Source: Lepidodermella squamata
Taxonomy: Eukaryota > Animalia > Gastrotricha
Length of the DNA stretch: 64,000 nt
Reading direction: 5' to 3'
Assembly (NCBI GenBank): GCA_047495785.1
Contig: JBLDXI010000024.1
Span: 372,001 to 436,000, forward strand
This document shows, piece after piece, positions 22,745-36,813 of the stretch. The translations under genes were made by a program, and so were the position numbers. Numbering within the stretch: the first letter of the stretch is position 1; each line of letters starts with the position of its first letter. The notes beneath the pieces were generated by a model. It did no database searches. It was not told where the DNA came from and saw nothing but the letters and a program-made list of their open reading frames with translations.

Positions 22745-25700
22745 TCAAGCCGTAACCACCTTAATAGAAGGACAAGAATGCTTCACAACTTCGAGAGCCG
22801 GCATTTCAATCAGCCTCGGCGCATCATGCAAGCAAGTAGACCAGTTGGGCGCTAAGGCTCGAAGAACCCGGCGGAGACTTTCCTGCGCCGGCAAGCAGAT
22901 AGGATTATGTAGTGCTGCGACGTTTTCAAACGGCAGCGGGTTGCGTCCCAACAAAGCGAGCGTGCACGATTCAGCAGAGTCGCACAACGTCTCCAGATCA
23001 TAGCCGCCCTCAAGTACCAGCACAATGCGCCCTTCAGCCACGTTTTCGTTCATCAAAGCCTGAACCATGTGTCCAAAACACGCGGCAGTCACGTTGTAAC
23101 CACCCAACGGGGCTTGGTGTCCACACGTGGCATCAAAACCGGCAGAGACAAGGATTATCTGAGGCCGATAGTCGCGTAAAATTGGCAGAATTACAGCGTG
23201 AAATGCAACCATATACTCGGCATCGCCCATTGGCGGGTTAAGGTCAGACGAGAACGCTACGTTAACAGTATAGCCCTCTCCTCTCTCAGCCCCGATGTCT
23301 TCCGGCGCGCCACTGCCAGGGAAAAAATTACCGTTTTCAAAACGGTGCATCGATATGTACAAGACGTCTGATGAATCGTAAAACGCCGCTTGAGTTCCGT
23401 TGCCGTGATGAATATCCCAATCTAAGAAGGAAAAATGGTCATGAAATTTTCTGTTTAATTTTAAGACAGCTTACCTAGAATCGCAACCCGCATGCCTTTG
23501 GAAATGATATTTTTGGCTGCAATAGCGATGTTGTTAAAAAAGCAGAATCCCATCGGTCGGTTCGACTCAGCGTGATGCCCTGGAGGCCTAACCAGGGCGA
23601 AACCATTTTGAAGTTGGTCTTGGGCTACCAGCATCGAAAGATCCACAACACTACCAACAGCAGCCAGGGCAGCAAGTGCAGTTTGGACTGGGTGCCAGTA
23701 TGTGTCTGCATCGACACCAACGCCGCCGCAGGGCAGGCCGAACATGCTGGGGGTGGGCAAGGCCTGGGAATTGCTCGGCGAACTTGCCCCGGCAGCGGGC
23801 GGTGAATTCACCGAAGTTCCTTTACCATAGAAATTTATATGACCTTCGGTGTGAACTAACTTCAACTCAGCCGTAGTCGCCAGTCGGTTCGGTATGGTGA
23901 CACATTTTGATAACAACCCGCGTTCAATCAACCTAGTCCATACCGATTGAGTTCGGTTGGGATTTTCCGGGTGCCAACACCCGCAAACACATTGATGTTT
24001 GAGCGTAAGCTCGTTGTAAGCCACGCCAGTTCGCCCGCCTCCCTCGCCACTAGCGGCAAGGTCGAGGATCGAAGGCACCTCCAACGTTGGGTCTGACACC
24101 GAGCGTGGCAGCAACTGGCGGCCACGCGATGGGAATGAAATGAGTGGTCCCACGACGGACAGCTTTCGATCCGATCGTTCGGTGGGCAATTCCCCGCTGC
24201 CATGCGGCGGCGTGACATCCATCGGAGTCACGTCAGTCTCCGGTTCGGGCATTTTGTCCTGGTCCTGGTCGGCGGATGACACCGAGTCAGCACCGTCACA
24301 GCGGCTCGGCATCTGGAAATGATCGACACTGGCGTCGTCAGACATGGAATTCGCCAATCGCGCATGGTATGAGCGGCGCGACGACGGCGGTGTCTCGCTG
24401 CCGTAGCCATTTAACAAGCGTCGCCGATGGGAGACTCGCTCAGCAATCAGCCGATCTGCACCAGACGGGAGTGAAGTGGCATGACTTGAATAGCGATCGT
24501 GCATATATTGCGAGTCAACCTCCTGTCGCGGGAAGAAACGAGGACATTTTTATTGAATTCTAGTTTTTTACCCATGCTATTTAACTTTAAATTAGATCAT
24601 ACGCCTTCTTAATAATTTTCATTTGTACCTCACATTTGCCGCACGGCTATAAATAGAGTTGATTTATTCTATTATTAGAAATAAATAATTACGCTAATGA
24701 TGAATTGAAAGGGCGCCGCTGCATGCGGCTGCGCGGGCACAGCGACCGCTGATATGAAGCTTATTTTTGTCGCTATAATTTCCAAATAACAGGCAACCAA
24801 CAGCTGATGAGCGTAAACACAGTGCTAGACGGCTTATTAATGCGCCGCATGGCGATAGTGTTTTTCCGTATATAGCTACTTCTATACATTCACGAGATAA
24901 GACAAATAATAATGAAATTGCTTGCGGCTTAGAGATACCGCGCGAGAAGCCTGCAAATATAACGAGATGAAAATCAATGAAGAGCATTTTGCCGTTGAAG
25001 AGCAAAATAAGTAGCGCAGATATTGATGTTTAACACTTAATAATAAAAAAAATCGGGATGGCTAAAAATAGCCACGACGAATTAGGTGTGAAATGCACCG
25101 AGAAACCCACCTGAAAACTGTCCTCGTGCACGGAGCCAGGCGTAGATGGTGGTCCGGGAATGTTTTGTCGGAATGACTGGAATTGAGGGGCGGAAAACAA
25201 GGAGCCAGGTTGGATTTGAAGGTTTTGCGGCTGCTGCTGCTGCAGCTCCGAAAACAGAGCGGCGAATGGGAATGGCCAAGGGTTGCCGCCGATCATCGTC
25301 GACGAACTGGTCGGCACAGATGACGAGTGCGCCGGGGTGGCATTCATTTGCCTGGCTTGGGAAGCCAACAGCTGAGCTAGGGCTTCGTTGGAAAGCTGCT
25401 GTGGCAGACCAGTAGCCGCGCTCACGAAATTCGCTGGGCCCATGTGAGCGGGAGGTGGAGGGTGGAAAACAGAGCCACCGATAAGGTTATTCGGAAGGTC
25501 GCCCATAGGGTGCCCGGGGCTTTCAGGTCGAGAGCCGCCACACACAGGACTGCTGTAACCGGAACTACTGTAAGGAAATTGTTCGTGTAAACAAACATTT
25601 GAACAAGTAATAGTGATAAACTCACCCAGGGACGCTGTCAGATCGAGACGCCGCACGCTTTGGGTTAGCTGATGCAGCATTCGATGTCGAAGCAGTAGCA

Positions 25701-26817
25701 CCGCGTCGCTTCGCCGAGCTCGGGAAGCCCATCGATGATGAGGGAATCATGGAAGCGGAAGGCGGCAGCACTCCTCCGCCAAGACCCGAGTTACTCGGAT
25801 GAAGAGGGGACTCTCGGCCATTGTGAAAACGTTGCCTGACCGCTGACGGCGCCTTCAAGCTCGGCTCACTCGGGTATTTCCGCAGGTTAGTCGTGTCAAA
25901 TCCACCAGCCATCGTCCCGCCACTGGACGATGAGGTGTGGGGGCCGTGGCTTGACGACGGTGAAACTCGCGCGTGGCCCGAGTGGGTCGGGTTGCTCGAC
26001 GTCGACAAACCAGCCATCATCAGACGCTCGTTTGAAGCGCGCGGCGACTCACCGTCGTTCGCCGACGAAACAGAAACATTTCCGCCATCGGCGCCCTGCG
26101 CGTTCATCATCGGCGAAGTTTGCCGTCGCACCATTTTGTTTTTAATAAAATCGTGAAGGCACTCTTTGACTGCCGGTGATGCAGTAGCGCTATGTTGATT
26201 GGCCTGTTTGTGTCGGATTGTTTCTAGTTCCTTACGTTTACGTTGCTCACGCTCGACAAAATCCTGCTGACGGCGCCAATGCTCAACGAGGTAGCTGAGC
26301 TGCTGGCGTTGCTGCTCCTGCTGCGCGTCAAGGCGCAACTTGCGTTCCAAGAACTCGTGCAGCAATTCATTCTGTCTATAGTCGTACTGATTTCGCCACT
26401 GGTTGAGCAAAGCACCGAGGACTGATGCACTCTCGGCGTTATCGCCGAGCTGGGCCGCCCCTGTAATGAGCCCGGGAGGAGCAGCTGCCAGCGGAATGGC
26501 ATAGGGTGGCAGACCGAGAATGCTGACTGCAGGTGCAGGGTTTGCGCCTAGGTTGGACGCCGCAGCATTCATTGGAACAGCCCCGGCTAGAAAAGCGGCG
26601 GCAGAGGAATCGACGATGTGATCGGAATGTTGAGACATCGAAGAATCCGACAGTTGAGCTGGGTTCGGAATAGCGCTGCCTGCGTTGAAGGGAGAACTTT
26701 CTGCGATAATGAAAAAGCTTATATACGCAAATTCATGGAAAAAATACACCAAAACACACCACCTAATCCGCGGTTATTGCTAATGGAGTTGAATGGCAAA
26801 TGCGGGAATGGCTGCAT
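22745..26817 (-). CDS. HDAC4: Class IIa histone deacetylase (HDAC4/5/7/9 family)
   Basis: Q-rich helix; MEF2-binding-like SATASPAVKECLHDFIKNK; 14-3-3 sites LRKYPSEP and LPRSVSDP; structural Zn site HQCVCG..HPE and LPCGGVGVD; RPPGHHAE, DWDIHHGNGTQ, SAGFDA, LEGGYDL. The first exon (MQPFPHLP.., ATG 26817) is inferred from splice phase. Confidence 0.92.
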
Positions 26818-29800
26818 ATGATCACTGGTTCATTTAAGATAGCAATTAATATATCCTACACAGTTTAAAACAAGCTGGTTGAGCATAAACTAGGCCTATA
26901 CGGATGTCCAGAAAAAGCAGCAGTACTTGATATAAATCGCGGAGAAGATGTCGCTTTAGTCAGAGTGCAAGTGTGATCAATACACGTGTGTATAAACACA
27001 GGCACATGAATATACATACATATTCAAGCTGTGAACACATTGCAAACATAATTCGCGAGGAGTTTCGATAATATAATCGATTTTTTAGTTTTGTACGCGC
27101 GAAAATTAGCGAAAGAGTAAAGCTACCTCGTAAAAACATATGAGCCTTTATACTGATAACAAAAAGAGCAATACTAAACGTATAAAAATAGCTTCATCCT
27201 CAGCACTACCGTGATGATGAAAATATCACGTTTCATCATCAAATTGACGACATATTAAGAAAGAGGCGGCAAACGGCGAATGCCCATATGTGTGAGTATT
27301 TATCAAGCCTATAAAATGATGTGCATTATTCACTAATTAAACATTTCACTTACGCGATTTATAAAAATATTCAACAACAATTATAATTATAATCAACAGA
27401 AGCAATGACTTTGCGACCAAAGCAGTCAGAAGCAACATAACCAGTAGTCCTTATCGACAACATTTTTTCTATTTTTAATGATATGAATCGTCATCTTTCG
27501 GTAATGATCGCTTCAATTTAATGATCGAGATATCACAACGCAACATTCAACGCCTAAAAATCCCAATTATGAATCACTAGGGGTATGGGAAAACGTGATG
27601 ATAGAAAAAGATAAGAGAGGAAGCGCAGCAACTGTACAACTTAGTCAACTAAGCTTAACAAGCGCTATTTCCGTCGATGCTGATAACGAATAATTTTGTC
27701 GACAGATATTTTCGCCATTAGTTGCGACAAATGAGACACGATAAGAGATACCGGTACTAAGTAGGTTTTTCTGTCAAAGAAAAGGGTATACTAGCGTGAC
27801 AATGTTTATTTGTTAATGTCTTTTCAAATAACTTGAAATAAAAAAATATGTGAAACATTATGTGAATGAATGTAATCATAATCATCAACTCTGGTCTCAA
27901 TCGATGCCAAAAATGATGGGATATATCAATGGCAATTTTTGGCACACCTTTATTTTTGAATGTTAATTGGAAATATATTCGGATAATTGGGGAATCTTCC
28001 GTTGTTGCTACCATTTCCAATACCCATATTGGAAATGGGAAAATGTTCCTATCACACGAAAAGGAACAGTTTCTTCTGATTGACACTGGTTTGTTGACGA
28101 TTATTGCCTCGTCGGATGCATTCCCGGCCTCCATTTCTCACCCTGTGAAGCCGGGAATGGCAAGCGTCTAGCTGTAGCGTGGATGGTTTGTTTACCAAGA
28201 TTATGGTGGATACTTATAACTTATAGCAGGAAATTTCAGATTTGCGATTGGCACTATATTCTTACTTTGCAGAAGTAAACTGATGGCGAATTAGCAGATA
28301 AATCGATGCCTCAACCAGAGCAGTATTTCTCCTATACTGTAAACCTCACTAACGGTCACTAATCATTAGCGATTAAAACCTCTTATCAAAAGTAAAAGAG
28401 TGCCAAAAGCTAAATTATAATGATGGCTGACTGGGTTATACTAAGATGAGGTAGGGGAATGGCGCGATATGGGAGAAGTAATGGTCGACACTAAACCCGC
28501 AATAACATAAAAACTCCAGCTGAAGAGCTTATATATAGCTTATAGAGCTTATCATTTTGAAAAATTGGAGAGCTTTCACCAATGAAGACGCATAAGCCTG
28601 AACGAGAACCCGAATGCCATAAATACACCGATAATCCTTCACACCGCGATCCACCACCTTAATTTTATTCTCACGGCAAGACGCAGGAGCATTATTTAGC
28701 GAAAGCGTTTCATTAGCCTAGCGCTTATACGACTTTTTGCAAACAATACGCAACCAGATTCCCTAAATTCAAGCTATGTAATATTACCGAGCTATGTGAT
28801 ACCGACATTATTGGATAGGTATTACAACGATCCAAGATAATCCAGATAGCTAATTGTTAGCTGTACAACGTGTTAAATAATAAAAATAAAAGTAACTCAA
28901 ATATTGGTCACAGATACTACCAGCGAATACCACTTCGCTCTTCGTAGTCCATAGGTATTTGCGGCGGGGGCCAGAGGAGCGGTGTCAGGTCTTCTATCAT
29001 CGGAAAGGTTTCCATTTATCATTTAATCCCGGGCTCAAAGAGGTAACCGTTTAATAAATCACATCGTCTCATAAATCATCTGAGAACATCACATCAACAT
29101 ACCTGTGAAAGCCTGAGTGTCACCTTAAGCTACATAGGACGCAGATGTTTGATTGAAAATTGAAAGCAAGCGCAAGTTAATGCCACAAAAGCAAACTCAA
29201 CTTCTCCAAATTTTATAGCATCTAGCAGCTAGCAGTCCCTAGCACTTGACTATCATTGGGTTCTGGATGTATATACTGGTATTTATGTGCTTTGCCGCCA
29301 AGCGAGTGTATAACGAATTTCAAAAGCCTCCAGCCGAATAGGATAATGCACCAAATTTAACAATTATCCGATTGGAGATAGGAAAGAGGCTCGGAACAAA
29401 TATCATATTTTCCTAGGGCGGTCAATTGACCCGACGGTGAGAAAAAGGACAACAGAACGGTTTCTCCAAGGCCTTCAAACGTCCGGGAGCCAGCGACGGA
29501 AAACCACAGCGGAACGTTGAATTCGGGGAAACTAGCAAACTGCGATGCGGATTGAAAAAAACAGAGCAGCTGAGACATACGTGAAGGTCGCAAAAATAAT
29601 AAAACTATTTAATTTTATAATCATAACTTATTTATTTCAGATTAATCACAGTTTAAGAGATAAATTTGCTGTTTATTGTAGCCGAATTAGAAAATAAAGC
29701 AAAAATGCAATCTGTTTTTGCTTCGCGTGGGCTCCTCGGGGACTTTAGGAGCTTTGGGTTTGGGCAGTTGCTACTCACCCAGATCAGCCGAATCAAAGAT

Positions 29801-30793
29801 CTCCATCAAAGTTCTGATATTAGCCTGACATAGAACATTCACATAGAGCAAGAAGAGACATTCACTGCACAGCAACAAATATTTGGTCTCACCGCAAATC
29901 GAAATGGCCATTTTTAATGCTCACCTGTGAAATTCCACCAAGTTTACAAGCTGGTTTAAGGCTTATTGTACTTCAGGAAATGCGGGAATTGCATGGTGCA
30001 ACCATGGTACATCTTTTACAACCCACATGCAAATCACGTGCTGGTGAATGGACATTTTGGTGAATGGTGATACCACTTTCGAACATTCGACTTCGTAGCA
30101 TCTCCTTATGTTCAGCTATAAACCAACTTTTGACACGGATCTTTTCAATTCCGTTTTCAATATAGCAAAGGTTGCAGAATAAGCTCTAAAAGTTAATAAG
30201 CGAAGCCGTCCACTTCTCTTCACTTAACTCGAATAGCTTCCACCTTACAGGATATTGAATTTCCAGGCTAGTTAGATGAAATGAGCCACGGAAACGAATG
30301 TTAGGTTGCTGGGGTGCCTCAACGGTTTTCAGCTCAATTGATTTTTTTTAAGATTATAAACATGGTGATAGTGTGAAAGTGATTACTCCATGTGATAGAT
30401 AAAAGTTCATCATTTATTTTTTATACCAAAAATCATCTTTTTCGTTGTCAGGCACAACAATTTGAAATTGAAAAATCGCACTTCGGAGGATTTGTAGAAC
30501 TCGGCGAATCAGAGGCAACTTTGATCAAAACTATAAAGTCATAAATTATAATAGCTGAAGTAGGTTAAGATGATAAATCCAATAGCGGTGATTTCCAAAC
30601 CTAAAATAATTCAAATGATCTACCTATGATTGCGTCATATAGTAATGCACATGCTTCAGTCGCTGAAATTATTCACACACGGCTATATTAATACATATTT
30701 TATAAGATCACATAGATAAAAGACTCGGGCGCTCGTCGTCGCTTTCGGCAGTAAAAATGAAAAATTAGATTTATAAGACTATATATTTATAGA

Positions 30794-33526
30794 CTAGATA
30801 TCGTCCCAAAGCAGGAATTGATTAGGTGCGCGGAAGAGAATAGCCAAAGTGACGAGCATTGTCACAGACAGAAAAAGCATCAGCAACAGTCGATCAACTA
30901 TTGCAGCAGCCTTAAAAAAAATTGTCAGGGTGATTATGATCGAAAGCAGACTGAAATTACCTGTTGCCACTCCAAGCTAATAGCGTCTTTTAGCTCACGT
31001 TCGCGGAGACGCCCTTCACTAATATCAGCCATATTGTTGGCACGTCTGATAATCATGTCCAACTTAGCTTCGATATGGCTAGACATGAGGGATATTCGAG
31101 GCGAAAGACCATTATTTGTATTGTTCATATTAGCTGCCATTGTGGTTGGTGTCGTAGGTTCTGAGGTCGTAGGCCGCTGATTGAATCGGGCAGCTCGAGA
31201 CCCTCCGCGTCCTTCTAGTGTTGAGCCATCATTGTTACTCAGCATGAATTGCGTTTCATCTTCATCATCGACGGTGAACTCCCCAGGCATTCGGCTTGTA
31301 CCGCCGATTTGATCGCTGAATGCAACTGATCGGCGCGGTCTCGCGATGCCGTCCTCGCCCATATCCACGAGCTCTGTTTGACTGTTGTTTCTATTCGCGC
31401 TCCTCGACCTCATTCGCAGATTCCATAAGCGTTCAGACTGTAAGTTGGCACCAGGTCTTCTTTCTAAACTAGCACTTTCAATCTGAATGTAAAAATCAAT
31501 TGTTTAGATGAAAATTGTAAAAAATGACCGGCTAACAAACCGGATTCCTCGAGTTGGCGGACCACTGCGAACCGACAGGGTTTTGCTGTACAAGATCGCG
31601 AACAAAGCGTGGGTTTCCGGCTGCGTCTTTACCCCCTCGAGACATATTAGGCCATTGTAGAGCTGAGCCTAAACTTCCAGGCATTTGAATCCCAGAACAA
31701 ACGGCTCCATTGCTGAGGAATCGAGAAGATTCAGCACCATTAGCTCGCGCTTCCTCTTCGGCTTTCATTTTAGCCTTTCTTGCTTTAGCCTCCTCGAGTA
31801 TATGGCTATTAGGCAGATGGACTCGAAACAACACGAATCTCGCCAAAATTTGGAAACAAATGAATCGCAAGAATTTTGGCAGCCTAATGCCTCGTTTGCC
31901 TTTGTGATGAATATTCAAAGTGAGCACAGTCATCGCCGTGGCACATGATACCACAACAATAGTGAAACCGTAAAATAAACCGAGCAAAGGAAGTTGGTTC
32001 TTTGTTGGTGGCATATTTTCCGCAACCACCATCAAAAATACGGTCATGGAGCTAGACAGTATCAATTTTTAAAATCCTGAAATATATGCCATTCCTATTC
32101 AACTTACAGCAATGTTGTAATACCCATCGTCACTTTTTCACCAGAATCTGATGGAACATAAAAACCCAAAAGGGCAACCAAAGTGATCCTAAAACATCAA
32201 GAATCATCATCGTAGCCGGTTCAATAAACTTGAAACTTACAAAATGCATGGAAGCATCATATCTAGAGGGAAAAGGTTAAATTTACATGTAAGGTAGAGA
32301 TAATTTGCGATTGAAACTTACTGTAAACGTAAAATAGTGGTCTCCTTCGAACGACCACAAAATATCTATAACAGACAGAGCACGTCAATAAATTATATCT
32401 CTACTAAAAGTGTGACTTACGTTATGAAAGGATAAGGCTCGTTGGGACAGCAACTGAAAAATTTGACCTCTCGATGTTGTATGAGTTTTACCAAATGCCA
32501 TTCAGTGTTTTCAATGTAATTTGAAAGATCTCCCTCGACACCATTAGCTTCAATGTTCATCTGGATTAAAAAAGGTTCGGGCTAGATCTATTTCAAAATT
32601 AAACATGAATTTACCTGAAAGCCGTCGTAAGTCCATGAAGCAAAAAACAATGAGCAATTTTGCTCATCGAACGGAAACTAAAAACAATAATTGATGCTCC
32701 GTAATTGGAGAAATTGATATTACTTACATATTTCACATCGATAGCACAAGTACTGTAAAATTATTTGCGTAAAATCGTAGTATAAATACCTGGATTAACA
32801 TATTCGAAGGGTAAACGAACCTTTTGAAAATCATCATTGACAGCCAAGTAACGTTTCCGTCGTATTGAGCGATTACATTGGTACTGACGGCAGATACATA
32901 GGTCATCACGTCGGCGTTGTTGTAAAGTAATATATCTGGTAACCTAAAAACAATAAAAACTCACATGATTGGATTTCACCTCGATTTTCCACATTTGTTA
33001 CCAAATGGTGTTGTATGGTAGCCTTATTATTTTGATTCCATCGAATTTCTCTGGATCCCATTGAAGCTGAAAGTCAAGCCAGTGCTGATTTAGCCAGCAA
33101 TTCGTTGTAACAACTTGATTTTTCTCATCCTATAATAAGCGGCAATATTTTCGTAACTGAAAACTGAAAGCTGAAAACACGTACCACGTCAATTATTTGG
33201 GACAGTGCCAGCCCAAATGTTACATTAAGTACTTGGGTGACGGATTTCACTGGTCGGACGCGTCTGTCGTAGTTGTCCAAAAGGTAGCGAAGCAGCTTGT
33301 ACTCGGCTGGTTTCACCCTATCACGCCGACCGATACCACCCCTAGGCGGACCTGGAACCATTTCACTTGCATCGTCCTCCAAACTGACGCCTGATATTTG
33401 ATCGAATGGATTCTGAAGTCTGCCAGGTTTAGGCACGCTCTGAGCATCAGCGAGGGAGAGGCTTGAACTGCTTTGCAAAACGAATACAACCACGAGTAGT
33501 ACTAGATTGACAAGCATGGAAACCAT
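30794..33526 (-). CDS. Nicotinic acetylcholine receptor alpha subunit (alpha9/10-like, cation-type M2); 12 coding exons
   Basis: Signal peptide [17 protein letters not shown]; [12 protein letters not shown]; [11 protein letters not shown]; Cys loop [15 protein letters not shown]; loop B SWTYDG; vicinal cysteines FSCCPNEPY; M2 [29 protein letters not shown]; M4 [17 protein letters not shown]; TAG at 30794-30796. Confidence 0.92.
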
Positions 33527-36500
33527 GGCGAGAGCCTTAGCCAAGCGCCCGCTCCGATCGCAGTGAAACTGCTGATCATCAGACGGCACCGTTATCGGCA
33601 CAGACAGGTGCCGAAAGGGTGCTGCGAATTCAACCAAGTCTAAAAGTGTCAACAGATATTAAATGTTTACAGTGCAAAAGTAGAACATTTCTAATATAAT
33701 ATTCAGCTGAAAATTCACACAACAACATCAATAGATTGATATCCGTAAAGCATTTACCTCTATTGAAAGAGCGATTGGCCATGAGTGGTGCGGATGTCGC
33801 TCGGTCACCGAGCTGCTTTTCTAGGCTCTTCATCCAAAAATAGGAAGATATTAGCCTGGAGAAGCCTCATACAGCGCGAAGGGCTGCTTTCCAGAAACTC
33901 GTTTCCATGAAATTTCGAATAGTTAGCGCTACTTATTTTCCATAGCTCGAAATTCTTCGGAAATTTTTATTGACAAAAAGACACGGTACCTCTACTCCAG
34001 CCTCATTTCATTCAATTAAGAAAAAACTATCGAACAAAAGCGAGAAATTAAACTGGTAAATTGTGGTATGCAAAGATGTGAGTCAAGAGTTTTACAACAC
34101 AGGTGGAATGAATTGTCATATATGGCTGTGTAGTATCGAGCGTGCGGCATGCTCATTCGCAGGGACCGCGCACCGATCGCATGATGATTTCGCACAGATG
34201 AATATACGCAAAAAGGTGGCAATGTATAGCAACACCGATCCCAGTCTCATTATTTATACTGGAGTGCATCTCCAGTTGTCGACTAATACACACTTGGTCG
34301 GTTTTAATTTATTACCGCTCCTCTTGCCAGGCAAGTTCCGATTAAGTTGTGAAGTACGGTGTAGCAAACAATCGATAAAAGCTTTAGCTACTTAGGGCCA
34401 ATTCGATGAATTTAATAGCCAAACAGCTAAAGTTGAGCCACATCGCCAGTATCCTCCGGCGCTATAGTATACTAGCGAGCGCTGCAGCCACCGTCTGCCT
34501 ATTTGTCCACTGTATTATTGTCTTCTACACTCGTTAAAATAAAGCTATGAAAGCAGTGTGAGACGGCAGCCGAATACACATTTTGTAGAAATAGTGTAAT
34601 TACTGATGTTTTACGCATAACAAGGACGGCTTTTTGACGAATAAGGTTTGATCTATAGGGCGTAATAAGATGTGCTAGTTTTCTTGTGCGCTTTTTTAGG
34701 TCCGCAAAGCTACGTGATGAAAATTAATAATTAAAGTTTGGTTGCACGCGATCAGAATGGAATGCGGCGCATGCCACGAGGCGCAACTCTTCTTCGCCAG
34801 AAGTTGATAGTATCTAGCGGCACTTGACCAACCAATTTGTTGTCACCTTTTAGCAGCATTCATTCAACTGGCCAAGTAGGCAATAAGGATTGACATATTA
34901 TTTGTTTAAACAGCAGAAAAACCAAAACAAATCACCCTGTTATCGATTGATCGCGGCAATCAGGCGAGAGAAAAATAATGGCTGTGCAAAAAACCCTAAA
35001 ACTGCTCAGGCGGTGCCTGACGATGAACAATATTTCCATCCATTAAATAACATGAAGTAAAATATAAGCGTATTTATTATTGTTGAGAGATCCTAATACC
35101 TGTTTTCGCGGCGGCAAATCGTTGTCGGAGGATGGGAGAAGACATGCTGATGAAATTAAATGCTGTGTTGTACGCACGGCATCCCCTGTGGGATATTTAT
35201 GCGCCACGAGAAAAATAATCAGAGGCGTTATTTTACGGCGCGAAAATGAAATAAAAACGCGCGCATGATACGTGAGCGATGGTCGCTCAGTTTTGGTATC
35301 GATACGAAGAAGAGTCGCGTAAGCGTTGCTCATCTCGCGGGCATCGCTGTCTGGGATCGTCGGCTGCTGTTTCACACAGCATTGTACTGTCCACGTAATA
35401 TAAATGATTGAAAAAATCGGCGTACATGTTCGAAAAGCGGCGGCGATGATTTCGTAAATTGAGGCAACCGCCGGACAACTAGGACTTTTTCGACATGCGC
35501 GATGTGAAATAGAATGCACCAATACTACAAAATATCATAAAGAATGAGACAACAATTCGTTAGAGGATTGTTGCCGAGGTTGTTGTTTCGTATTATTCTA
35601 GGTCTACTACTACTATGAGTTTTATGGGCAGGAAAGAATCAGCTGGCGTATCAGAAGCGATTTCTTCTACATTTCTATCAGACAGCGATTCGCTTGTAAT
35701 ATGTCATAATGGCAAAAATATTGAAAATAAGAGGCAGATAATCTGGAATGCGCGCAAAATCACGACACACACCACGTCGATAGCCGGCTAGTTACGATGA
35801 TACACGGCATATCATTGTCTACTAATTTGGTTCAGGAGTACTGATAGATTCAGGAGCCAAGAAAACTATCGTCCATCTGAGAAGTTAGTCAATCAATATA
35901 TTTTTAAACATGCTGCGATACATGACCATTTTACACAAATAACATCATCATTGAAAGTATAAATTAAGCCAGCGCGTACGGTTGATATATGGTGGGATGC
36001 AGATGAAACGAGGAAATCGAATCTTGACCAAACGGACGCGGCAGACAATAGCTGTCTTCTAGGGTAGAATCATTGTATGTTAATGCTATTATTAGAAACA
36101 TCGTTATTTATTTTACTATTACTACAACAATCAAACCGTGCGCTAGTACACTGATTGAAATATGTTCACTACGTTCTATTTTTAAGCGTAGCGTTTTGCT
36201 GATTTGGTCACATGCATTTGATGATAAAACCCTTTTGGCAAATTGCCCCGATTCGCAGTCACATGCTCATACATTTTCCTTTCGCCAAATGAAAAAAACG
36301 GTGATAGAAAGCTTCTCAAATTGAGGTGGAGGATGGTATGATTCCTGATGGCGTCATAAATTATTGCTATCTACTATCGTTTTATTCTTGGAAAGACAAG
36401 CATCTCGCACTCAGCTGTAAAGAAATCGACGCCAAAATCCATGCCGTCAAAATATGGTCAAAATTTGTTCATGCTTCAGAGTATGAAATTATTTTTACGA

Positions 36501-36813
36501 AAAATTGGGAGAAACGACACCCACAACGATACATCAATCTTTGTTTTATTTTTTCAAGACAAGCGCAGTTGACGCTTTTGCGTAAATAATGAAATTCAAC
36601 TAAAATTAGCTATATGGCGCTCTTTTTTGTGCCATGTATAGCATGGCATGAACGAGTATGTAGCATGCATCGTTCGGAAGATGCTTCCCGGCAAAAAGCG
36701 ATCAAATCTCACGCTGAGGCTGGTTAAATTCCGAGCTTGAATTTAAATTAGCCGCTTCCAGTATTTTCATGAAGCGTGGGATCAGACAAGAAAAAAATTA
36801 ATGCATTAAGAAC

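Noticed and set aside
27757-28171. Overlapping 125-aa and 80-aa ORFs upstream of HDAC
   Set aside because: No motif, AT-rich, and no supporting gene structure.
29925-30115. In-frame TGA read as possible selenocysteine
   Set aside because: No selenoprotein motif or SECIS element recognised.
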